Assembly (NCBI GenBank): GCA_039815375.1
Contig: JBCBZJ010000020.1
Location: 1 to 53,217 of the forward strand
Length of the DNA stretch: 53,217 nucleotides
Source: Verrucomicrobiota bacterium
GTDB taxonomy: Bacteria > Verrucomicrobiota > Verrucomicrobiia > Opitutales > Coraliomargaritaceae
Reading direction: 5' to 3'
Part shown: one piece after another, positions 1 through 11,767 of the stretch
Position numbering within the stretch: the stretch's first letter is position 1
Layout of the letters: every line of letters starts with the position of its first letter
The notes under the pieces: model-generated
Told to the model about the DNA's origin: nothing
The model's database searches: none
Seen by the model: the letters and a program-made list of their open reading frames with translations, nothing else
Program-made: the position numbers and the translations under genes

Positions 1-430
<430 letters not shown>

Positions 431-501
431 ATTTTGGAAAGGCGGGATAAAGACAAAGCCTCTGCCTTGAATCAAGCAATAGTTTTATAAAAGTTACGAG
501 G

Positions 502-861
502 CTAGAAGGGGCGCACATAAACCATGCTTGCAGCAACAAAACCTAGACCAATGAGTATCCACCAAAATCTCTTGGCATAATCCGGCTTGCGATTGATCAA
601 CGCGATCAAGCCGCCGAGAGCTATCCAGATCACGAGCTTCACCAGAATCCAAGGTGTGGCAAAGCTATAGCCAATTTTTGAAATAAGAGCAAAACCGGCA
701 ACAAGCATGAGCAGCAGACCAATACCACTGGTGATCGAACCGAGTTTTTTCACGTCGACGTCGCCGCTTCCGATCATACTGCGGGCTAATAGGGCTCCAT
801 AGCCCAAAAAGAGCATCATCATGCCGGTTAAATGAAGAATATGATAAATGTATATTGGCAT
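502..861 (-). CDS. Small 4-TM membrane protein (SirB/YchQ-like)
   Basis: 119 aa; YHILHL N-terminal motif, four hydrophobic helices, W..VKL motif. Confidence 0.65.
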   Translation of the reverse strand: MPIYIYHILHLTGMMMLFLGYGALLARSMIGSGDVDVKKLGSITSGIGLLLMLVAGFALISKIGYSFATPWILVKLVIWIALGGLIALINRKPDYAKRFWWILIGLGFVAASMVYVRPF

Positions 862-890
862 CTCGGAGAGCTGAAAAAGTCATCTTAAAC

Positions 891-1087
891 CCGAACTATG
901 CAAACGGATTTTTTGAACAATAGGTTTATCTTTGTAAGTGCCTTTGAATCAGATACATTTCTAATGTGTCGCATTAAAATGTGCTCACCAGAATGGTGTT
1001 TTCAAATTGTTCCGGTTCCGGCCGCGGCCGGACCGGTCTTGTCGCTTCGCTCGGAACTTAGGCGACCAAGCCACATGGCTGCCTATC
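891..1087 (+). repeat. ~200-bp dispersed element, copy A (contains 49-bp palindromic core 1009-1057)
   Basis: Aligns end to end with the reverse complement of 29602-29800 and partly with 10757-10872. Confidence 0.85.
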
Positions 1088-1187
1088 AGCTCAGCAGTCA
1101 CGTATTCTTACGCGCTCCTTTGAACTTTAGTTGCCGAGCAGCTTGCTTATCCTGCAGTATAGATCAGGTTCAAAGGCAAGCATCGAC

Positions 1188-1216
1188 AAAAAAACCGCTG
1201 GTGTTGAGCCAGCGGT
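1188..1216 (-). terminator. Intrinsic terminator of mscS
   Basis: ACCGCTGG/CCAGCGGT stem followed by T7 on the minus strand. Confidence 0.85.
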
Positions 1217-1242
1217 CTTGAAAGAATTATCAATTCAGGCCC

Positions 1243-2103
1243 CTACGAGGCATCTTCGTTGAACAAATGAATATCACGCTGCGGGAAAGGAATGCTGACA
1301 CCTTCAGCATCGAACTTCTCTTTAACTGCTTTCGTGAAGTCGAACTTGACCGCCCAAAAATCAGCAGCGTTCACCCAGGGGCGCACAACAAAATCGACAC
1401 TGCTGTCACCCAGATTAGCCACAGCAATCTGAGGCTCGGGATCCTTCAGGATACGTTCATCCGCGGCGATAATATCTTCCATGATCTGTTTCGCTTTATT
1501 AAGATCATCGCCATAGCCGACGCCCACGGTCATGTCGACACGACGGGTCGGATGAGCGGAAACATTGGTAATTGAACCACCCATCACAGCAGAGTTTGGA
1601 AGAATGATCTTCACATTATCCGGCGTCTTAAGTTCGGTGGTAAGGATACCGACCTCAACCACAATACCGGCTTCACCCCCAGCTTTGATGAAGTCACCGG
1701 CCTTGAAAGGTTTAAAGATAATCAATAAAACTCCGGAAGCGAAATTGGAAAGCGACCCTTGGAGTGCCAGCCCTACCGCCAAACCGGCAGCACCAATAAC
1801 AGCGACAAACGACGTCGTCTGGATACCGAGTTTACTGATCGCTGCAATGACAATAAAGACGACCAAGGCTCCATACAACAATCCGGAGAAGAAACCTACC
1901 AGGGTAGATTCTGTACCCTTCTTCTCTAAAATAGTGATAAAAATGGATTTAAGCTTCTTGGCCAGCCAGAGCCCAATGACAAGTATGAGAATCGCAGCCA
2001 AGACGTTCATCCCGTAGCTCACGATGTAATCGACAATCTTCTCGCCGATGGAAGGTTCGACGACTGCCATTTGCATGGCTGAATCTGGTAGTTCTTTTTC
2101 CAT
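1243..2103 (-). CDS. mscS: Small-conductance mechanosensitive channel
   Basis: GAAGLAVGLALQGSLSNFASG, KPFKAGD and IPFPQRDIH motifs. Confidence 0.95.
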   Translation of the reverse strand: MEKELPDSAMQMAVVEPSIGEKIVDYIVSYGMNVLAAILILVIGLWLAKKLKSIFITILEKKGTESTLVGFFSGLLYGALVVFIVIAAISKLGIQTTSFVAVIGAAGLAVGLALQGSLSNFASGVLLIIFKPFKAGDFIKAGGEAGIVVEVGILTTELKTPDNVKIILPNSAVMGGSITNVSAHPTRRVDMTVGVGYGDDLNKAKQIMEDIIAADERILKDPEPQIAVANLGDSSVDFVVRPWVNAADFWAVKFDFTKAVKEKFDAEGVSIPFPQRDIHLFNEDAS

Positions 2104-2197
2104 ATTATTGCTGTAAATTAAGGTTAGAGAATGATGAAACTAAGTAGACAGCCCACCCTGACAATAGATAAATCTATATTTCGTTAGTCGATTTTCG

Positions 2198-3952
2198 CTA
2201 GCAGGCGACATCTGAGTGGAAGTTATTTCCGGCCGTCGTCGCTTTGATGTATCCTTTTCGGATCGTAAAATCGCCGAAACGCTCCCCGACTTCACGCTCT
2301 TTTGCGTATTCGATAAGAATGGGTTTCAGCTCTTCAATAATCTGCTCGTGCGTGACTGAGGTGCGGTAGAGCTTGTTGAGTCGTTCACCGTCAAATCCGG
2401 CGCCAAGGTATAGATTATACTTGCCCGGAACTTTTCCAACTAGCCCGATCTCACCGAGGTATGGGCGGCCACAGCCATTGGGGCAGCCAGTAGAACGAAT
2501 TACGATTTCATCATTCTGAAGACCAGCTTCCTCGAGAATTACCTCTAAGTCACTTACAAGGTTCGGCAGATAACGCTCGGACTCGGCAAGTGCCAATCCG
2601 CAGGTGGGCAGAGCCACGCACGCGATCTGACTTCGGCGCATACCCGAAGCTGTTTTGTAAGCATCAAGTCCGTATTGCTCGACCAGGGCATCAATTTGGG
2701 CACGGCTTTCGGAGGCCACATCGGCGATAATGAGGTTTTGATTCGCCGTCAGACGAAAATCTCCTTTGTGCACTTTTGAAATCTCAAGCATCCCGGTCTT
2801 AAGCATCCTGGCCTCCTTGTCGACAATCCGACCACCCTCAATGAATAGGCCAAGGTTCCATTTGCCGTCGGTGCCCTCAGTCCAACCATAGCGGTCTCCG
2901 GTGCTGGTAAATTCATAGGCACGTGGATCTTCTAATCCATATCCGAGTCGCTTTTCGAGCTCTTGACGAATCCATTCCTTACCGAGGCGTTCGACCGTGT
3001 ATTTGAAGCGGGCATTGGCACGCTCCTCCCGGTTTCCATGGTCACGCTGGATGGAAACGATCTTCTCAGCCACGGGAACAACTTGCTCCGGCGTGCAAAA
3101 AGCAATGACTTCTGCAAGTCTAGGGAAAGTCTTTTCATTGCCATGAGTCATGCCCATGCCACCGCCTACTGTGATATTGAAGCCAACCAGCCTGCCGTTC
3201 TCAACAATTGCAATGAAGCCAAGGCAGTGTGCGAAAACATCGACGTCGTTATAAGGCGGGATCGCGACTGCAATCTTGAACTTTCGCGGCAGATAGGTTT
3301 GGCCATAGAGCGGCTCAACATTATCGCCACCACAGTTCTGAGAACGTTCGGCTTCAAGCGGCACAGTCAGTTTGATCGGTTCGCCATCAAGCCACATCTC
3401 TGAAAATGCTGGTGTTTGCGGCTTCAGGTGTGCGTCGATATCAAGCGTCACTTTTTGCACCTCTTCATGGACGTCGGATGCAAAAGGAACGGGGTTACAC
3501 ATCACATTGCGATTCACATCGCCACAAGCTGCGAGTGTGGTCATTGCCACGTCATTGCAGGATTTGATCACGTCTTTCAAGTTACCCTTTAGAATGCCGT
3601 GAAGCTGAAAGGCTTGGCGAGTGGTAAGCTTGATTGTGTTGAACGCGCAGAAGTTTGCCAGTTCGTCGACGACTTGCCATTGTTCCGGTGTGCAGACGCC
3701 GCCTGGCAGGCAGATACGTGCTAAAAAGGAGTAGGCCTTGTCCAGCTTATGTTTCCGGCGCTGGGCCCGCACATCGCGGTCGTCCTGCTGATAAAGTCCG
3801 TGAAACTTGGTCAACTGCGTATCGTCAGCAGAGATCGAACCGGTGGAGCGATCAGCCAGACCCTCGAGAATTGTTCCACGGAGGTATTCGCTACGGGTTT
3901 TAATCCCTTCGTTTTTATGCAGTTGTGGAGCAGATTGACTATCGGAAATCAT
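2198..3952 (-). CDS. cysI: Assimilatory sulfite reductase hemoprotein subunit
   Basis: LTKFHGLYQQDDRD, TYLPRKFK, and siroheme/4Fe-4S motifs CVALPTC and TGCPNGCGRP. Confidence 0.95.
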   Translation of the reverse strand: MISDSQSAPQLHKNEGIKTRSEYLRGTILEGLADRSTGSISADDTQLTKFHGLYQQDDRDVRAQRRKHKLDKAYSFLARICLPGGVCTPEQWQVVDELANFCAFNTIKLTTRQAFQLHGILKGNLKDVIKSCNDVAMTTLAACGDVNRNVMCNPVPFASDVHEEVQKVTLDIDAHLKPQTPAFSEMWLDGEPIKLTVPLEAERSQNCGGDNVEPLYGQTYLPRKFKIAVAIPPYNDVDVFAHCLGFIAIVENGRLVGFNITVGGGMGMTHGNEKTFPRLAEVIAFCTPEQVVPVAEKIVSIQRDHGNREERANARFKYTVERLGKEWIRQELEKRLGYGLEDPRAYEFTSTGDRYGWTEGTDGKWNLGLFIEGGRIVDKEARMLKTGMLEISKVHKGDFRLTANQNLIIADVASESRAQIDALVEQYGLDAYKTASGMRRSQIACVALPTCGLALAESERYLPNLVSDLEVILEEAGLQNDEIVIRSTGCPNGCGRPYLGEIGLVGKVPGKYNLYLGAGFDGERLNKLYRTSVTHEQIIEELKPILIEYAKEREVGERFGDFTIRKGYIKATTAGNNFHSDVAC

Positions 3953-4043
3953 AATTAAGGCGCGAATCTAAAGTGGTTCTTAAAAATCTGGCAAATGTCG
4001 AACGCACAGCTCTCTTTAATGAATAATAGTAGAAAATAGCTTC

Positions 4044-4076
4044 AATCTTAGGTTTGTCACTCAAAAACCTAAGATT
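4044..4076. promoter_or_regulatory. Perfect 12-bp inverted repeat in the cysI-cysJ divergent region
   Basis: AATCTTAGGTTT-N9-AAACCTAAGATT. Confidence 0.55.
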
Positions 4077-4156
4077 AAATGTAAAAATGCAGAAATGACT
4101 AGCATTTCGGATGATCCATGCTTTCATTTCACCCCTTTTATAAGCGCAATTACGCA

Positions 4157-5953
4157 ATGAATAAGCCAGATTCCATCGTTCCAAGCAATACTCCACTTAC
4201 ACCAGAGCAAGTGGAATCACTGAACAGACTCTTACCCAGTCTAGCTGCTGACCAGCTCACTTGGCTCGAAGGCTTTGTTAGTGGACTGCGTGCTGGTCAG
4301 GGTGCGCCGACGGCGGCAAGTGCTGCTCCGCCTGTAGCGCCGGAGTTGACGGTCCTATACGGAACCGAATCCGGAAATTCTGAAAATCTAGCTGACCAGA
4401 CTGCTAAAGCTGCTCAAAAGTCCGGCTTTAAAGCTAAGGTCGTTAATATGGCCGACCTCAAAGTAGCTAAACTCGCTGAAATCCAGAATTTACTAGTTAT
4501 CATCAGCACTTGGGGGGAAGGCGACCCGCCCGAGACCGCAGTCGATTTCTACGAGAGCCTTATGGGCGAAAAAGCTCCAAAACTGGAAGGCACACGCTTC
4601 TCTGTGCTCGGACTCGGCGACACCAGTTACGAGCACTTTTGCAAAATGGGCAAAGATTTCGACACACGTCTGGAGGCACTTGGCGGCCAACGAGTTTTTG
4701 ACCGGAAGGATTGTGATGTTGATTACGACGACGATTTCGCAGCATGGCAAGTTGGGGCATTAAAAGCACTGGAAACGCTCACAGCGTCAGCGACTGCACC
4801 CGAAAAAACGGCTTCCACCTCGGTTGTTGCGCCGGTGAAATACAGCCGCAAAAACCCTTTCTCTTCCGAGCTGAAGGAACGCCTGCTTCTTAACGGAGCC
4901 GGTTCTGCCAAGGAAACGATCCACCTCGAGTTTGATCTAGAGGGTTCTGGTCTGAACTATGAGACGGGTGATGCACTCGCGGTAATCCCTCACAATGCAG
5001 GTGACGTTGTCGACGGCATTCTCGAAATGTCAAAACTTGATGGCACAGCAAAAGTTACCCTGAAAGACGGTGAATTTGCCCTGCGTGATGCCTTGACCAG
5101 CCAGCTTGACATTACCGCGCTCTCCAAGCCCGTGCTTACGCGATACAACGAATTTGCCAACAACCCTGAGCTCGACGCAATAATCAATGAAAAGGAACGG
5201 CTCAGTGATTATGTGGGAGGCCGGGATCTGATTGATCTCCTACACGACTTCCCTGCGCCCGAATTGACTGCAGACGGTTTGGCAGGGATACTACGTAAGC
5301 TTCCGCCACGTCTCTATTCCATAGCCTCCAGTCCGAAGGCACACCCGGGCGAAGTTCATCTTACCGTCGGTGTTGTGCGCTACGATTCGCATGGGCGAGA
5401 GCGAAAAGGCGTCTGTTCAACCTATCTCTCTGACCGCATTGAAGAAGGTCAAAAGGCTGACATCTTTGTCACACCCAACAAGAACTTCCGGCTCCCGGAA
5501 AATCCAGAGACTTCAGTCATCATGGTGGGGCCGGGCACAGGGATTGCGCCCTTCCGCGCCTTCATTGAGGAACGCAAAGCAATCGATGCAAAAGGCAAGA
5601 ACTGGCTCTTTTTTGGCGACCAGCACTACCTGACCGACTTCCTCTATCAAACAGAGCTTCAGGATTATCTCGCCGATGGTATTCTAGCAAAGCTCGATGT
5701 TGCATTCTCTCGCGACCAGAAAGACAAAGTCTATGTGCAGGACCGCATGCGGGAGAACGCAAAGGAGATCTACAATTGGCTGCAGGAAGGAGCGAGCTTC
5801 TACGTTTGCGGTGACGCTTCCCGCATGGCACACGATGTGGATAAAGCCCTTCACGACATAGTTGCACAGGAAGGCGGCCTTTCCGAAGAAGCAAGCGTGG
5901 ACTACATCAAACAACTCAAGGCAGACAAACGCTACCTGCGCGATGTCTATTAA
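4157..5953 (+). CDS. cysJ: Sulfite reductase flavoprotein subunit
   Basis: Flavodoxin domain (LYGTESGNSE), PRLYSIASS, GPGTGIAPFR, C-terminal RYLRDVY; start chosen at ATG 4157. Confidence 0.95.
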   Translation: MNKPDSIVPSNTPLTPEQVESLNRLLPSLAADQLTWLEGFVSGLRAGQGAPTAASAAPPVAPELTVLYGTESGNSENLADQTAKAAQKSGFKAKVVNMADLKVAKLAEIQNLLVIISTWGEGDPPETAVDFYESLMGEKAPKLEGTRFSVLGLGDTSYEHFCKMGKDFDTRLEALGGQRVFDRKDCDVDYDDDFAAWQVGALKALETLTASATAPEKTASTSVVAPVKYSRKNPFSSELKERLLLNGAGSAKETIHLEFDLEGSGLNYETGDALAVIPHNAGDVVDGILEMSKLDGTAKVTLKDGEFALRDALTSQLDITALSKPVLTRYNEFANNPELDAIINEKERLSDYVGGRDLIDLLHDFPAPELTADGLAGILRKLPPRLYSIASSPKAHPGEVHLTVGVVRYDSHGRERKGVCSTYLSDRIEEGQKADIFVTPNKNFRLPENPETSVIMVGPGTGIAPFRAFIEERKAIDAKGKNWLFFGDQHYLTDFLYQTELQDYLADGILAKLDVAFSRDQKDKVYVQDRMRENAKEIYNWLQEGASFYVCGDASRMAHDVDKALHDIVAQEGGLSEEASVDYIKQLKADKRYLRDVY

Positions 5954-5997
5954 CCGAGAGCTAGGAATAAGAATCGCATACCACCTCAACTCATACT

Positions 5998-6888
5998 TTG
6001 GCTCTCGCTACCATAGATGTTGTCTGCGTGGGCTATGCCTGTGTTGATATAAATTTCAAGACTAGTCACCATCCCGGTCCTGACGAAAAACTGCGAGCTA
6101 CCCAAATGCATAGTTGTGGCGGTGGTCCGGCCGCAAATGCAGCCGTTGCCATCGCACGCCTCGGGGGGCATGCTGCATTTGCTGGATACCTGGGCAGCGA
6201 CGCGTTTGGTGAGGCGCACCTGCAGGAATTTGTCCATGAAGGCGTCGAGACTTCGAATATCCACCGTGCGAATACACCTACACCTATTGCTGCCGTAACC
6301 ATCAAGCCAAACGGCGATCGCTCTATCATCGACTACCGTGCACCCAACTCAAACGCACCGGAAGACTCGGTTAACCTGACCGAGCTCGCTGCTAAAGTGC
6401 TGCTTCTCGACGGGCATCAGCCACTCCTCTCCATTAATCTTGTTGAAGAAGCCCGCGCCTTGGGCATCCCCAGCCTGCTTGACGCCGGTTCGATCCATGA
6501 CGGCACATTAATGCTCTACAATAAAGTCGACTACCTGATCACCTCCGAAAAGTTTGCTCGTGAGTTTAGCGGCGAAGACGATCCACGCCTCGCACTGGCT
6601 GCTTTTGATGGTGCCGCTCCGTTCATCGCAGCGACTTGGGGTGCCGAAGGCGTCTATTGGCAAGACGAAGAAGGCCAGCACCACATGCCCGCCTTTGATA
6701 TAGAGCCAGTCGATACAACCGGTGCAGGTGATGCTTTTCACGGTGCATTTGCGCTGGGCCTTGCTCAAGGTCTACCTGTAAAGACAAACATTAGGCGCGC
6801 CTCAGCAACGGCTGCCCTCACCTGTCTCGAGTCTGGCGCAAGAAGCGCCCTACCCTTTCGCGCAAAAGTTGAAGCGCTTTGCAGTTAA
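5998..6888 (+). CDS. PfkB/ribokinase-family carbohydrate kinase
   Basis: [16 protein letters not shown] and [12 protein letters not shown] signatures. Confidence 0.9.
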   Translation: MALATIDVVCVGYACVDINFKTSHHPGPDEKLRATQMHSCGGGPAANAAVAIARLGGHAAFAGYLGSDAFGEAHLQEFVHEGVETSNIHRANTPTPIAAVTIKPNGDRSIIDYRAPNSNAPEDSVNLTELAAKVLLLDGHQPLLSINLVEEARALGIPSLLDAGSIHDGTLMLYNKVDYLITSEKFAREFSGEDDPRLALAAFDGAAPFIAATWGAEGVYWQDEEGQHHMPAFDIEPVDTTGAGDAFHGAFALGLAQGLPVKTNIRRASATAALTCLESGARSALPFRAKVEALCS

Positions 6889-8297
6889 ATACCAAGCGCT
6901 TTAGTCATCATACCATGAAGCTCGTAATTCTTGATAAAGCCTGGAAGCAAAGTGGAGCCCGGACCAAAAGCAAGTAACTCGACATTCTCTGCAGTATGGT
7001 TGTTTGAGCTCCAACCTGTTGCGGAAATCGCAGTCAATTCCGAAGCAAAGACTTTTGTCATCTCACTATTCAAATATTTCAGTTCCGGATCTTTGATCAT
7101 TCCCTGAACAATTTTTTCCTGCTTCTTGGTTGGGACTATCCCGGTCGCCATGGAAAAATCACCTGCATTGAAGCTACCATTTGAGCGAAAACGCTTAGCT
7201 AACCATTCAAAGCTTTGTTTGTATTGATTAATCCGATCCAATGCAGGGCCACTGTCATTGTATCCACTGCCCAGACCATCCAATTGACAACCTCCAGTGC
7301 CGTGGTCGGTTGTGACGATCAACAAAGTATCAGGATGTTTCTCAATGAAATCCAAAGCAACCGGGATACAGGTATCGAACTCCAAATACTCATGAAGAAT
7401 CGCGCCCGGATCATTGGCATGACCTGCGTGGTCCACACGTCCTCCTTCAACCTGCAGGACAAATCCCTCAGGTGCATCCTCCAGCTGTTTCAAAGCAGCC
7501 TCAAACATCTCCTTCAAACTCGGCACGTCAGCAAAGGATGCATCGTTCTTTCGATCCAGTGCGTAGGGCACATGGCTATCTGAAAAAACGCCAAGTAGCG
7601 GCAGTCTACTCCCGGAAAGCGCTTTCAACTTTTTCTTGTCACGAGCGATTGTGTAGCCGGACTTCGCGAACTTCGCGAAGTAATCCACCTCACTGCCATC
7701 ATCCCTGGTTTCAAGGAACTTACTTGCGCCACCACCCATGAGCAGGTCGATCCCTCGATCCAAATACTGACCTACAATTGTGTGCTCATCGTCGCGATGC
7801 GCGACATTGGCCGCGAAGCCAGCAGGTGTGGCATGTGAAATTCGACACGTCGAAACCAGTCCGGCAAGTTTGCCTGCTTTCTTGGCACGCACAAAAATCG
7901 GCTCGAGTTCGGTGCCATCGACGGTCGTGTTGATCGAACGGTTCATCACCCGCTGACCACAGCCCCAGGAGCTTGCTGCTGCTGCTGAATCGGTAACAGG
8001 AGAACTCGCAGATGCTGTCTCCTGAAAACTTCGATGAAGGTCTGGGCGTTCGTAAAGCTGCATCCAATGCAGTGGTTCTCCCTTATTTCGAAGGTTCCAG
8101 TGGTGGGCCAGACCCAATGTCCCATTGCACATCCCATCAACGACCAGAAAGATCAGGTTCTTGGCATTGATGCTTTGTGGCTTAGCCGCAGCGGTTGCAC
8201 TTTTCATCGGCAACAAGGCCCCTGCAGCACCGACAACTCCAGCACCCTTGATGAACTGACGACGAGTCGAAACGGATTTCATATCAGGCATAAACAA
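6885..8297 (-). CDS. PhoA-family alkaline phosphatase with twin-arginine signal
   Basis: [14 protein letters not shown] catalytic Ser, [22 protein letters not shown]-terminal STRRQFIKG; start could be 8291 or 8282. Confidence 0.9.
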   Translation of the reverse strand: MFMPDMKSVSTRRQFIKGAGVVGAAGALLPMKSATAAAKPQSINAKNLIFLVVDGMCNGTLGLAHHWNLRNKGEPLHWMQLYERPDLHRSFQETASASSPVTDSAAAASSWGCGQRVMNRSINTTVDGTELEPIFVRAKKAGKLAGLVSTCRISHATPAGFAANVAHRDDEHTIVGQYLDRGIDLLMGGGASKFLETRDDGSEVDYFAKFAKSGYTIARDKKKLKALSGSRLPLLGVFSDSHVPYALDRKNDASFADVPSLKEMFEAALKQLEDAPEGFVLQVEGGRVDHAGHANDPGAILHEYLEFDTCIPVALDFIEKHPDTLLIVTTDHGTGGCQLDGLGSGYNDSGPALDRINQYKQSFEWLAKRFRSNGSFNAGDFSMATGIVPTKKQEKIVQGMIKDPELKYLNSEMTKVFASELTAISATGWSSNNHTAENVELLAFGPGSTLLPGFIKNYELHGMMTKALGI

Positions 8298-8421
8298 GAA
8301 CTAGCATGCTAATTTGAAAAATAAAAGCACCGAACTGTAACATGCGAATGACTTATTGGCTGGCGTAACCTACTAGAAACAGTGAAAAAGATGGTTTTAT
8401 CAACGTATCCATCTACCAAGC

Positions 8422-10560
8422 GTGGCAACTGTTTCTAAAACAACTTCAAGATTTCCCTACTTCAATCGCGAACTGAGTTGGTTGGCTTTCAACCGTCGCG
8501 TCTTGGAGCAGGCCGAGTCGAAGGATTATCCCTTGCTTGAAAGGATGAAGTATCTTGCTTTCGTCAGTTCAAATCTCGACGAGTTTTTCGAGATCCGCGT
8601 CGCTGGGCTCATGCAGCAGGTGAAGTCCGGCGTGATTGAGCGTGGTCCCGATGGCCTCGGGCCAAAAGAGCAGCTCCGTCGCATCCAGAACATAACCAAG
8701 CGTCTTGTCACCGACCAATACGATTGCTGGCAAAAACAAATCGTTCCGGGGCTCGCCAAAGAACGAGTCATATTCAGTGATTTCGATAAACTTACCCGCA
8801 ATGAAAAGAAATGGGTCGAGCAGTATTTCGAGGAACAGGTTTTTCCTGTGCTTACTCCACTGGCTATCGACCCGGCCCACCCCTTTCCGCAGCTGACGAA
8901 CAAGGCGCTTTACATCCTCGCATCAATAGACGATCCAGAGACGCGGATCATCGAACGACTAATGGCAATTATACCAGTGCCGCGTGTGCTGCCGCGCGTC
9001 GTGAGAATCGAAGCACCGCGCAGAGGTAAACCCGATGTTTACATCTTTCTAAGCGATATCATTCAGCGCTATGTAAAACGACTTTTTCCCGGCTACCGCG
9101 TGCGTTCAGCTGTGCCATTTCGCATCACCAGAAATAGCGACCTCTACATCGACGAGGAAGAGGTAGAAAACCTCCTCCGCAAGATCGAAGAGGAACTCAT
9201 GAATGTGCACAAAGGTGCTGCCGTCCGATTGGAAATCGCTAAGGGAGCAGACCCTGTTCTTCTCCAAGAGCTGCTGGATGCGATCGATCTAAAGCCAGAG
9301 AATGTCTATACTATTGAAGGCACGATCAATCCCCTGCGCCTTATGAGTGCCTACGATCTGATTGACCGTCCGGATCTGAAATTCCCTCCGCATACGCCCT
9401 TTGTGCCCAAACAACTGGGTCATCATGAACATATCTTCGAAAGCATTGGGCAGAAGGACTTTCTCCTCCATCACCCTTACGACAGCTTCCAACCGTTCAT
9501 CGATTTCCTGCAACAGGCAGCTCAAGACCCGAACGTCTTTGCAATAAAACAGACTCTATACCGCACATCAGGTGACTCGCCAATTGTTCAAGCCCTGATG
9601 GATGCTTCACGTAATGGCAAACAAGTGACGGTGCTGGTCGAAATCAAAGCACGGTTCGATGAAGCCAACAATATCCAGTGGGCCCGCCAACTCGAAGACG
9701 TAGGCGTGCATGTCGTCTATGGCCTCGTCGGCCTGAAGACCCACTGCAAATGCTGCATGGTAGTTCGGCGTGAAAAAGGGAAGTTAAAGCGCTATGTCCA
9801 TCTGGGCACAGGAAACTACAATCCAAAGACGGCCAAGCTCTACACCGACATTAGTTATTTCACGACGAAGAAGGAAATTACCACCGAAGTTGCAGGTCTA
9901 TTCAACACGCTTACAGGCTTCTCGCTAACTCCTAGCTTCAAGAAACTTCTGGTCGCACCCTTCACCTTACATAACCAGATCCAGAAGCACATTCGGACAG
10001 AAACAAAAAATGCGAAGGCTGGCCTACCTGCTCGTATTATTGCACAAACGAACAGCCTCGTTGATCAGGAAACTATTGATAACCTCTATCATGCTTCGCA
10101 GGCTGGAGTAAAAATCGAACTGATCGTACGCGGCATCTGTAATCTTGTTCCAAATGTAAAGGGTGTAAGCGAAAACATCCGTGTGCGCAGTATCCTTGGG
10201 CGCTACCTCGAGCACTGCCGAATTTTTTATTTTGAAAACAGTGCAGGCAACCAGCCACTCATCTTCGCCGGAAGCTCAGACTGGATGCCACGAAATTTCT
10301 ATCGTCGTATTGAGGCAGTCTATCCGGTCGAAGACCCAGGTCTGCGCCAGCAACTACTCGACATACTGCTCACTCTTCTTAACGATACCAAAAGTGCACG
10401 CATTCTTCGGGCCAACGGTGCCTATCATGCAGCACCACAGGCTAAACGAGGGACACGCTTTTCAGCCCAGGATAGATTCATCGAAATCTCGCAGACAAAC
10501 CGAAAGCAGCAGGAAAAGGAACTCAAAGAAGAAGAGGCCGAGCAAAAGCAACCGCAATAA
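8422..10560 (+). CDS. ppk1: Polyphosphate kinase 1
   Basis: [43 protein letters not shown]. Confidence 0.97.
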   Translation: MATVSKTTSRFPYFNRELSWLAFNRRVLEQAESKDYPLLERMKYLAFVSSNLDEFFEIRVAGLMQQVKSGVIERGPDGLGPKEQLRRIQNITKRLVTDQYDCWQKQIVPGLAKERVIFSDFDKLTRNEKKWVEQYFEEQVFPVLTPLAIDPAHPFPQLTNKALYILASIDDPETRIIERLMAIIPVPRVLPRVVRIEAPRRGKPDVYIFLSDIIQRYVKRLFPGYRVRSAVPFRITRNSDLYIDEEEVENLLRKIEEELMNVHKGAAVRLEIAKGADPVLLQELLDAIDLKPENVYTIEGTINPLRLMSAYDLIDRPDLKFPPHTPFVPKQLGHHEHIFESIGQKDFLLHHPYDSFQPFIDFLQQAAQDPNVFAIKQTLYRTSGDSPIVQALMDASRNGKQVTVLVEIKARFDEANNIQWARQLEDVGVHVVYGLVGLKTHCKCCMVVRREKGKLKRYVHLGTGNYNPKTAKLYTDISYFTTKKEITTEVAGLFNTLTGFSLTPSFKKLLVAPFTLHNQIQKHIRTETKNAKAGLPARIIAQTNSLVDQETIDNLYHASQAGVKIELIVRGICNLVPNVKGVSENIRVRSILGRYLEHCRIFYFENSAGNQPLIFAGSSDWMPRNFYRRIEAVYPVEDPGLRQQLLDILLTLLNDTKSARILRANGAYHAAPQAKRGTRFSAQDRFIEISQTNRKQQEKELKEEEAEQKQPQ

Positions 10561-10625
10561 GTTCGGATCCAGAGAAAGAATCAACTTGCACCTTCAACCT
10601 TGTTTTCTAACACACTTATAAAGTC

Positions 10626-10701
10626 GCCGAAGTAGCTCAGCTGGTAGAGCAACTCATTCGTAATGAGTAGGTCGACGGTTCAAATCCGTTCTTCGGCTCC
10701 A
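10626..10701 (+). tRNA. tRNA-Thr(CGT)
   Basis: GCCGAAGTAGCTCAGCTGGTAGAGC-AACTCA TT CGT AA TGAGT...GGTTCAAATCC...CTCCA. Confidence 0.97.
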
Positions 10702-10756
10702 CCTACTTGCAAGCAAAAGTGCCACGACGAATCGACCCTTGAGCAGAAGATTGAGC

Positions 10757-10872
10757 CCGAACCATGCAAACGGACTCTGCGAAGATTCTACCGGGTGGGG
10801 TAAGTATCTTTTATCAGGCACATTTCCAATGCATCGCATTAAGGACGTGCCAACAAAATAGCATTCGCGTTT
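10757..10872 (+). repeat. Degenerate copy C of the ~200-bp dispersed element (lacks the palindromic core)
   Basis: CCGAACCATGCAAACG-N27-GTAAGT...ACATTT..AATG..TCGCATTAA matches copies A and B. Confidence 0.7.
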
Positions 10873-10897
10873 GTCGGTGGCCGCTTTCAGCGGCAAC

Positions 10898-11767
10898 TTA
10901 TACAGTCGAATCAATAATACCCTGAATAATCTCAACGTTCTTCTCCACACATTCGATGTATGGATTGATTCCTTCCGGATAAGGGTCTGCGAGGTAGCGA
11001 TAGAGACCATGACAGTCTTTCTCGAGCTTTGGGATGACGGCTTTTCGCCAAAAAACTGGGGTGCTATGGATTAATTGTTCAACGCTTTTAAAAAGCCTTT
11101 CGGACGGTTCAATCCCACGAAAGTCATCACTCTCCTCGAATTCGCTGAACAGGACCGGAAGTTTATCAACATACCCTGGATCGCTCATCTGCCCCAAATA
11201 GTCGGCCGTGCATAAAGCCTCACCCATTACACGCTCTATCGTGCTCGAAAAAGGGATCGAGTCGATAATACTTCTGGGACCCGTACAACTGATCAGGTGC
11301 TGCACTGCAAATATCTCATCCTTCGGCCAACCATTTTCCGTCAGGTAAACATCGGCAAACTCGCAACTGCGGTGCTCGTGGACAAAAGTGAATTTCGCAC
11401 CAGTCCCTTCGTTGTCAGACGCTTTCTTGAGATATCCCAGATCATGAAAAAGTATACCTAAAAGTCCGATGTTAAAATCCCGCTGTGTCATACTCGGACC
11501 CACTCCGGATTGCTGCCTTTGAGTCATAAGCCGAATGAAACAAAGAGTTGCCTGCATGGTATGCTCCAAGTCGTGGTATGCTGTGTCCATCGCTTGATAG
11601 CCCTTGTATTCTCCCAAAAACATTTTTTCAACATCCTTGAAATAGCCCTCGATATAAGAGCTATCATTTTCAGGAAAAATTCGGCCATAAAGCTCACGGA
11701 CAGCAATAGCGACAGCGTCAGGGGATTTTGTATCTATTTGCTGTAGGTTGTATAGGGCCTTCATCAT
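10898..11767 (-). CDS. HD-superfamily metal-dependent phosphohydrolase
   Basis: YHDLEHT...LFHDLGY...HE..S...ADYLGQ motif order. Confidence 0.75.
   Translation of the reverse strand: MMKALYNLQQIDTKSPDAVAIAVRELYGRIFPENDSSYIEGYFKDVEKMFLGEYKGYQAMDTAYHDLEHTMQATLCFIRLMTQRQQSGVGPSMTQRDFNIGLLGILFHDLGYLKKASDNEGTGAKFTFVHEHRSCEFADVYLTENGWPKDEIFAVQHLISCTGPRSIIDSIPFSSTIERVMGEALCTADYLGQMSDPGYVDKLPVLFSEFEESDDFRGIEPSERLFKSVEQLIHSTPVFWRKAVIPKLEKDCHGLYRYLADPYPEGINPYIECVEKNVEIIQGIIDSTV

Noticed and set aside
1009..1057. Mini-element as a solitary attC site
   Set aside because: attC runs RYYYAAC...GTTRRRY; this element has the opposite order (GTT first, AAC last) and lacks L boxes
898..1221. 107-aa ORF starting MQT inside the dispersed element
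   Set aside because: The equivalent frame stops after 17 codons in copy B and diverges in copy C; conservation is at the DNA level
8335..8360. Pho box between the phosphatase and ppk1
   Set aside because: Only one imperfect half-site (CTGTAAC) and no 11-bp-spaced repeat
10702..11767. Genomic island or prophage at tRNA-Thr
   Set aside because: No integrase and no duplicated tRNA-Thr 3' end seen in the window
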